Positions 8,170 to 16,800 of a stretch of 20,000 nucleotides of DNA are shown in pieces. A program made the translations under genes and the position numbers. Location of the stretch: the NCBI GenBank assembly GCA_008369845.1, contig MRSU01000672.1:50678-70677 (forward strand), in the 5' to 3' direction. Source of the DNA: Trichomonas gallinae (Eukaryota). Within the stretch, counting starts at the first letter, position 1. Each line of letters starts with the position of its first letter. The notes under the pieces were generated by a model that was not told where the DNA came from, ran no database searches, and saw nothing but the letters and a program-made list of their open reading frames with translations.

Positions 8170-9465
8170 TTAGTCGATCATCTTGCCTGGCTTGTTAGAG
8201 AGCTTTCCAGAAGCGCGGATGTTCTTCCTGTGCTTCTCCATCTGGTAGATGTGGATGTAGTCGATGTAGAGGATGAATGGGAGCTGGGAGTCATGGATCT
8301 GACCGCCTGTAGCACCCATAGCGACGTTGACGACGATGTATTGTGGATAGTGGAATGGGTTGACGCCCTTGGAGTTGATTGTCCTTGAGAGGAGTGTAAC
8401 TGTGACTAATTCGTCATCGAGGTAGAGCTTGATAGCTTCCTCATCCCAATCCATTCTCCATCTGTGGTACTTGTTAATCCAGTTTGGATCGACACGCTTA
8501 ACCCAGTAATCGTAAAGTGGGACACCACCGCCAGCTGTTTCCCAGCCGCCCCAGCAGACGTTGAGGAGTGTGTGGTTCTGGTAGTACTCCATAATATCGA
8601 TTTCACCATCATCTGGCCATTCACCCATTGTATCTTCGTAGCCAAGTGTCCAGAAAGCTGGCCATGCGCCGGAAGCTGTTGGGATCTTCATACGAGCCTC
8701 GAATCTGCCGTATGTCCAATCTCTCTTGCCGGCTGTGATGAGGGAACCGGATGTGTAGTTGATCCACTTCCTAGAATACCTCCAGTCCTTGGAATTTGGA
8801 TCGTACCATGGGTTTGGCTTGTCCTCTCTGATGCCCTTGATAACCATGTTGCCGTCCTCGATCCAGACGTTTTGTGGCTGATACCATTGTAATTCCCAGT
8901 TTCTGATGAAGCCTTCAACGCCAACCCAGTCATCTGGATTCCATGGGCCCTCCTGATCGAAATCCTCGACCCAAACTGGGGAGTATGTTTGTTCATCATC
9001 CTTCTTCTTCTGAATAGCCAATAATTCCTCATCGGTAGCTGGGATGATCTTCCAGCATGATGCGGAGCCCTTCTCGCGTGCATTCCATGTAACAATCATA
9101 TGCCAGCCATTCTGAGCGTGAAGTGGGTCGTTGTTGCCTGTTGTAAGAAGATATGAGTCATCGTTTTGAACTTTTGTAAGAGCGTATAATTGTGGGTTGT
9201 TTGTGTTGATTGTAGATGTTTCGCCAGCGCGGCCTGGGTAGGAGACGGAGTTAACGTATAAGTTGGAGCCAACGTTTCTGATAGCGTATGTTGTTACACC
9301 ACCAGATGTGTGTGGTTCGAACTTCCACAAGGCCATCTCATCCATAGCCTTGTCAGCGAAACGCATTGTAGCGCCTGGTGTTCTCCTTGTGCACCACATA
9401 GCCTTACCAGCGGAATAGTCAGGTCCCGCTGATATAATCCAATACACGAGTGTTGGATCTACCAT
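8170..9465 (-). CDS. Glycoside hydrolase family 16 (laminarinase-like, GH16_3-type) with an N-terminal beta-trefoil/ricin-B-like module (431 aa)
   Basis: GH16 motifs VWVEDFD, GFIRNWELQWYQ, YTSGSL, YGRFEARMK, GAWPAFWTLG, WPDDGEIDIME (catalytic ExDxxE intact at 8587-8604), YHRWRMDW, NPFHYPQYIVVNVAMG and YIDYIHIYQ. The N-terminal roughly 140 aa have trefoil-like strands (ALWKFEP, YAIRNVGSNLYV, SASCWKI). Start moved from 9555 to ATG 9465, which follows an Inr and coincides with the compositional change. Confidence 0.92.
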   Translation of the reverse strand: MVDPTLVYWIISAGPDYSAGKAMWCTRRTPGATMRFADKAMDEMALWKFEPHTSGGVTTYAIRNVGSNLYVNSVSYPGRAGETSTINTNNPQLYALTKVQNDDSYLLTTGNNDPLHAQNGWHMIVTWNAREKGSASCWKIIPATDEELLAIQKKKDDEQTYSPVWVEDFDQEGPWNPDDWVGVEGFIRNWELQWYQPQNVWIEDGNMVIKGIREDKPNPWYDPNSKDWRYSRKWINYTSGSLITAGKRDWTYGRFEARMKIPTASGAWPAFWTLGYEDTMGEWPDDGEIDIMEYYQNHTLLNVCWGGWETAGGGVPLYDYWVKRVDPNWINKYHRWRMDWDEEAIKLYLDDELVTVTLLSRTINSKGVNPFHYPQYIVVNVAMGATGGQIHDSQLPFILYIDYIHIYQMEKHRKNIRASGKLSNKPGKMID

Positions 9466-9473
9466 TATAGAAA

Positions 9474-9483
9474 AATGATATGA
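9474..9483 (-). promoter_or_regulatory. Tandem trichomonad Inr elements (TCATA-TCATT) of the GH16 gene
   Basis: The minus strand reads TCATATCATTTTTCTATAATG, giving two adjacent consensus Inr motifs ending 8 nt before the ATG. Confidence 0.75.
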
Positions 9484-10896
9484 AAAATTGTAAAAATTAC
9501 TTAACTGCAATGACGGGTCATATGATATATATCCATAGCCGAGCAGAATTACCAAAATATGGTTTTTAATTATGGCAATTTTATTCTACCTCAACATTTT
9601 CCATTTCTGGAACAATAAATATATAATACTCAATATAGGCATGCTGTATTTATGTTCTCGAGGCATAATTCAAAATGAGACACGTTTTTTTGAGTTTTGA
9701 TGGGTTTACTGGGAAGTGATAGCAAAAATATATGTTTAAATCTATTATATTTAGCATCAAAATCAGTTTTTCTATGATTTTGAATTATTTGATTTAGAAA
9801 AAATTGAACAGAATCAACAATTGTTTGTAAAAATATAATATAAAAGATCTATATAGTCTATATTTACAACTAAAAACAATAATTATGCCATATTCAAAGT
9901 GATGTCATCATTACCTGCCGTTCTTTCAATTTATTTTTCTTATATTTTTGCATAATTCATTTCTATATATTCTATATTATGCATATTTCGAGTCAATAAG
10001 GTGGTTCATGATGGTCACGGTTATGGTTCAAAAGCTGATCGTCGAAATATATTTTGGAAGTGTTTATTAACATGAAATTAATGATATTTTTCGTGTAAAT
10101 AATCTTAGAAAAGTGACATGCAGAAAACTGTTGATTTAATTATGCCAAAACTTGCAGCGACAACCATGCAAAATATTACGTACGATAATGGTGGTCTCTG
10201 ATCTGGGATCAAGTTCCAAATCCTGCATGTTTTTTTCAACAATCGGAAATATTCAACATCACAATAAAGATAAAAAGCTGCCAAAATCTACTATTATCCT
10301 TATTATCACCATGTATGCAATACGACCAATGCAACGTATTTTAGATTTTTATTCAAAATTTAATATTCTAATTACACTTACAAATTTGTGAAAATATTGA
10401 TTTGTATACCTTTTTTCTTATGTAATATGAACGAAAAAATATCGATATGAAAGTATTGACATGTAAAAATATATCTGACATGTAAAATTTTCAAAAAAAT
10501 CTCAAAGAATTATATATTGTATTGATATGCTAATCTTTACATGAAGTCGAGGATCTCTTTTCAAAAGTTCTGTTTCATATAACTAGATTAAATTTTTCAT
10601 TACTTTTCACTAATAATATTATGATAATTTAATCAATATGAATTTTATGTTCCGAAATATGATTTATCCATTTATATTTCTATAATTTATATTCAATTGG
10701 ATTTTCTTTAATCAACAATAAATAAATGATATGCTAAACATTGAGGCAATACATTTGTTATTGCAAAGAGATAAAAGTCTTGCTCAAATAAATGATCATT
10801 GGATAAAAATGTAATTAGTTAATAAAATCAAACAATTTTTATGGTTATAATGACTGTTGTCAACTATAATATTATTACAATATAAAAATAAATGAC

Positions 10897-13800
10897 TCAA
10901 ATAACTTTGTGTTTTCCTGAGTTTGGTGAAATAATTCTTGGCTTCTGTGAGTTCCTTAGTAGCTTGGATTCTGGCCTCTTCTTTGTGTCTCCACCAGGCA
11001 TTGACTGTCTTGTAGTTTGCAATTGCATTAGTCTGCTTCCAGCTGTAATTGTTGGCGGTACATATTCTGGTGTCTTTCCAACGACATCATACAGGAATTG
11101 TGCATCGAGAGTGTCAATGACCAAAACGCCGCGGAGAACTTTACCGTACATCTTCGGCGCGAAAACAATCTTGATTGGAGTCTCTGTGCCCGGTCCTGGC
11201 CCTGGCTCGATGAAACCATGCTCAGGAACAGCAGAGAACTCGCTTGCACTTCCAGCAATCATGTAGGCATGGAATGGAGTTTGCATTCTAAATGTTGTAG
11301 GAATTGTCACTGAAGCTTCGCCAGTCTTGTTAAGCAAAGATTCAATTTGAAGCGTGTCTATTGGTTTTCCACGCTCAGCAACACAAGATAAGTCAAACTG
11401 CCATTCTTGGCCAAGTGGATTCTTCACTCTCAGCTGAGCAGATCCGTTGCATGGCCTCATAGGAGTGAAATTGACGTTCACCATCAGCTCTGGAGAATCT
11501 CCATCTCTTAGAACCTCTGTCGGCTTGATGTCAAGAATCTGACGGAGGAACTCATGCTGTTGTTGTAGGATGATGTTAACAGTGTACTCGCTTGCCTGGA
11601 ACTCTTCTGTTTCACCAACAAGCTGGAAAGTGAGATTTGACGACGAGAATTCGTTCGCGCGTGCTCTGATGACTTTGGCTTCAACAGCTGCGGAAATTGT
11701 GTTACCAATTACTGGGAAGATCCATCTGACACTGCTGAGGAGCGCAGTATTGTCTGGAAGATCTCCACGTGCTGGGCCAGCAAATGTAACAATGATGTGT
11801 GCAGTGAATTGTCCTCTTTGTGTTGGTGTGAAAGTAAATGGAACTTGGTATTCTTCACCGAACCACTCGAGTGTGAAAAGCTTCTTGCGGACTAAGAACT
11901 GGAAGACACCTTCTTCGCATTCACTGTCTATCGAAATATTGAACCTGCATGGATAAGGGAATGGATTGTTGAAGAGAACTAAAGCACTCATTGGAACGCC
12001 AATCTGCGATGAAACAATTGTCGGCGAATACGGCTGTGGTGGTTTGCCACTGCCGCTCAATGAGTAAGTCCAGTCGCCGACATCCTGAGAAAGGAATGAG
12101 ATCTCGGCTGTCTCTTTCTGGCCTACTGATGTTGGAATGTACCTGATTTCAACTCTGCGCTTTTCGAGTGGCAGAAGTTGGATGGATCTCTTCGCCATGA
12201 CTTGGAATGCAGTTGGGTTGCTGTTCTCTACTCTTACTGACGCTCCTTTAGTTAATGGGTTCTCAAGAGTGATTGTTGTAGATGCAAATTTGCCGAGAGG
12301 AGAAACAAGAGGAGCCAATGTTTGTCCTGGTGCTTCTGTTGCAGTGATCTTCAAAGCGTACCAGAACTCGCTGTCATCGTCTGAATAGAAGTAAACACTT
12401 GAAGCTCTTGTCATAGCTTTGAGAGGAGAGACAACGAGTTCGTATGTCATTGTTTCATGAGGTGGAACAGAAAATTCTTTGAGACCGAACAAATCATCGT
12501 CAGACAAAACAACTGTAAAGTTCGTGATTTTGTCCTTAGGGTTCTGAATCTTGATGGAAACTGTTGCACTCTTTCTCGCTGATGTATTGACAGTGATTGT
12601 TTGTTCAGGTGCTGGAGAATCAACATGAATTTCAACAACATACCAGATGTAATTTCCTGTCGTGGAATCTGTGAATGTCAATGTACCTGCAGAAACACCG
12701 CTGCGCTGTGCGATGACATTGAACTTGAAAGGCTCTGTGAGATTTCCATTCTCGAAGTTCACAAGTGGCTTGAAAGTTATGATAGGGACAGTTGTTGTAA
12801 CTTTAACTTGTCCGTTCTTCACGAATGATTTCACTGGGACTTCGTATTCGAATGGAACTCTAGCCTTGCAGTTGACATTGATCTTCTTCTCGGCCGGAGG
12901 TTCATCTGCTACACCAGTAAGTTTGTAGATAACTGTGGCTTCCGAGCTTGCGTTCGTGAGCATCAATTCGCCTTTGAATGAGCCAACTCTAAGCGGAGTG
13001 AAGTTGACTGTCATGTTTCCTGTAGTACATGGCTTGACAGAAACTCTTTGCGGAGCCGAGAAGACAGAATCTCCTGATGTTGTGACCTTGAAGTTCCAAA
13101 CTTCATCTGATGGATTCGTCAGAGGAATGTCTTGGTGTACTTGTCTTCCTGAAACTGTCGAAAACTCAATGGACATCTCTTTGACTGCTGGAATGGCTGT
13201 AGCAGATGCCTTCAAAAGCCTGATATCGTTGTTAGATGTTAAAACGATTTTAACTGGATACTCGCCGGCCTTTGATGGCTTGAATGTTATCGGCAAAGCA
13301 TTTGGCTTGTTCTTTGGATCTGGATTCTTCGTTATTGTTATGTCAGCTGGCATCTCGAAGTATTGTGTCGCTGAGTTTGATACTTGGAACTTTTGTGAAG
13401 TGAAAGATGCCTTGAACAAAGCTTCAATTTCTCTTGTCCTTGATGTAATCATGTCAATCAGTTTTCTGTCGCTTGTGAACTTTCCCGCGTTGTTAATGCG
13501 CTCGTATCCGTAAGCGAGTTGCTTGATTAATGCTGTATTGACGATGTCTAAGTTGTATGAGTAGTTGAACTTCTTTCCTGACTCGCATTTCATCTTGTTT
13601 GCAGCGATTTCAACTGGATTTGGAAGAACCGACTTGGCCTCGACTTGTATGACGAACTCTCCAGAATTTGGATCTTCAAACAGCAAGAACATTCTGTAAG
13701 TGCCTAGATCAATAGGTAGGAACTCGATCGCAACAGTTTGCGTGGAATTTTCGTCCATGAAGTCCACGTGTGTTTGCTCGATAATGAAATTCTTGTGCGC

Positions 13801-16800
13801 TTTGACTATCGACTGGAATGTTGTTGTCTTTGACTGCGATGTCGGCACAAGTTCTTCCTTGCTTGACTCGAATGGATTGGCGATGAACTCCTGGATCTGC
13901 TGTGAAATGGATTTGTTCGATCCGACAGTTTTTCCTGTTTCATCTGCAATCTTTGAGATCTTGTAAGCGATTTTCGGCTCCGACTTAGTTCCAATGAAGT
14001 TCTTGACTGTCAAGTTGATCTTCGTTGGCTGGTAAATCATACCTTCGTACGCTGATACCATGTCCGGAGCAACAATTGTGACTTCTGAATAAATGTCAAC
14101 GACAATTGGAGCAGAGAATATAGGAACATGGCTCGGTCCTCGTGCTGTTGTTGGCATCGTATCTCCTTCTTCTGTGTTTGTAGTTACATAGCGTGGCCTT
14201 AGTGGTGTCAAAATAAGCCTGGCCGTTTGTTTCTTGATTGTTCTGGCTGTGAAAACGACATTAATATCTGCTGTTCCATTTGGTGGAATAATTAATGAAT
14301 CATTCGGCAAGGAAAATGTTTGGCTGCCTTCAAGAACTGCCTTGTAAGTGATTTCAGCCTTAGATGGGTTCTGAATTTGCACCGCCTTGGAAATTGTCTT
14401 GTGGAGTGTTGTGGTAAAGTCAACACTAGCAATTGGGATAAATCTTGGCAATGTTTCGAACAAATAAGCAGCAACAATTGCGAGAACGCAGTCTGACTTG
14501 CAACTGATTTCATCTGCTGTTGGACTGAAAGCGAGTTTGAGTGACTTAAGTGACGATGTGAATAAAATCGCTGTGTCTTCTGGTGTTGAATGATCGATTG
14601 CGCTGTTGGGAAGAGGAACTTTAAGAGATGTTGTGTGCGCTTTGAGTAATGCTGTGAAACAAGTTGCATCTGCAAGTTTCTCGAATGAATTAACAGCTCT
14701 TTGCCAATCAACATATTGGACGCACGTATGCACTGATATCCACTTCAAAAGTGTGCACTCAGAAGTGCTGTATATGTTGGATGCTGAAACGCTCTTGTTC
14801 GGCCTGTTGACTTCGCTGAGAACATCTTCCATGTTTGCGAATCTCGATGTTGTTGACGTCATCGAGCGAATAGCTTCCATGAATCCTGGTTGTTGGTTGA
14901 GTCTTTCTTGGTCAATCCTTCCGACAATGAAGACTTTGAATAACTGCATCATCACCATCATCCATGCTTCGTTGCTTAACTCGGCGTAAAGAGTTTCAGC
15001 GATCTTCAATCTCTGCATTAAGGCGTTCGAGAAAGATTTGGAGTTCGTGAATTCGCTCAAGATTGCTTGATCGAATGATTGGAGTGTTGGAGCATTGAAA
15101 TAGTCGATGCCCAACAACTGTTTGGTTATTCTGTATCTCATTACGTTAACAAATTCCTGTCTTTCAAGCAAAAACTCTGGCCTGATGTGAGAAACAAGCA
15201 AGCCCATTGACTGCAGGAATCTGATGATCTTTTTCATCGCTTCGAGCTGTTTAGAGTTAATATCTTCAACTTTGACTTTCTCTTGGTTGTTGTCGACGTT
15301 CGGACGCCTTCCTCCTGAAATATTGTCAACTAATTCAAGAAATGTTGATCCATTATTTCTTATGAAGTCACCTGGGAAGTCAGATATTTGCGTGTTCAAT
15401 GATAAAGCGTTGAGATATCTTAAAATAAACTTAGTTGTCTTTGGATTATAGGCGACAGTCCACGGCTGACCTTTGAGCTCAATTATATCTGGAGCGTTGA
15501 TGAATCTTGTGACTAATGATGCGCAGCTTTCGACAGATTTGGTATCTACTGTAATCGGCGAACCTTTCGCTGATTTGATTTCAGGCTTGTTCGCGTACAA
15601 GAATGGATAGAGCGTGAAAACGGAGTTATCTGTTGTGCACGTGACAGTGAATGAAGCGCCATTTCCATTGTCATCTATAATACCAATCATTGTCGAGAAA
15701 CTCAGCGGTTTTGGTGACTGAAAACCGACAACTATTGGAAGTTTGACAGTAGTATGCAATAACTGATTTCCTTCTGGAAAAGATACTTTAACAGGGAAAG
15801 CTGACTCACTTGCGCTTGTTTGCACTCTGAGGTTGGAAGAAATGAAGCCGTCGTTGTTAATATAAACAGTTGTCTGGCTCTTGACGCCCAAAGGAACAAT
15901 AGGAAGTGCGACGTTTGTCTGAGAAATAGAGAATAATTTTGATGTGCCAACGCCAGCCAGTTGTATCTCGCTGACAACTGATTCTTCCTTTTCTTTCGCC
16001 ATCTTAACGAGAAGAGGCAAGTGGACGTTATATGGAGTAGCAGCTGTTGCTGTGAACAAAACGTGTACAACTGTTGTTGCCCCTGGAGCAATTGTGTCTG
16101 CTGAGGGTTCAAACGAAAAAGCCGCTGGTTCTCCAATCTTCGAGTTATCGATTCTCCATGGGATAGGATTCTTCGACTCGTTAACTAAAGAGATGGCTCG
16201 GCTGACTGAACGCGCGTGCGGGTTCTGTGGATTGAAGATCGGCATAATTCCGAAGTCAAGTGATGTAGAGGAAATTGTTATCGGTGCTTTGATGGCTTCA
16301 GCTGAGACAATCGGCTGGAGGTGGAATGATGATGCGCTGATGACGTTCATCATCGTGAAAGGAAGCTCAAATGAGTGCTCGGCTGCTGTTGAAGGCTGGA
16401 AGACGAGATTGAACTTGATCGAAGTTCCTTCGAGTAAATAGAACTTGTAAACTAAACCAGAGGACTCATCATCGCTTGAATCTTGTGCTGGACTATTGGA
16501 TTCCTGGTCTACATAAGTAGCAGATGATTCTGTTGTTGGCAAATATTCTGTCTTTGTCACAAAAATCGGATTTGAAACAAGTGAAACTGAGTTCATTGAC
16601 TCATTGTTTGCTCCATCAGCCAATTCTGTGGCGTATTCAATCCTGAAGTCGGGATGTGAGCTGAGATCCAAGAACAAAATTGCTGGAATTTGGCCAACAT
16701 TTTGTATTGTTGCTTCGATTGATGAACTTGAGCCGACGAACAATCTGCCGAACTCGAAAGCGTTGACAGAGAGCTGCACTCTAGGAAGCTCGGATTGTCC

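Noticed and set aside
453..9095. Short alternative-frame and antisense ORFs inside genes 1-4 (for example 1997-2362, 8464-8892, 8688-9095)
   Set aside because: They lie within or overlap well-supported genes and lack independent coding signals.
9466..9555. 30-aa N-terminal extension of the GH16 ORF that might look like a signal peptide
   Set aside because: It begins at a non-ATG codon, has intergenic composition and contains the Inr elements, so it is probably untranslated.
10152..10391. 79-aa plus-strand ORF as an intact gene
   Set aside because: TTG start, no Inr-ATG pair and no recognisable motif. At most it is part of the possible decayed remnant.
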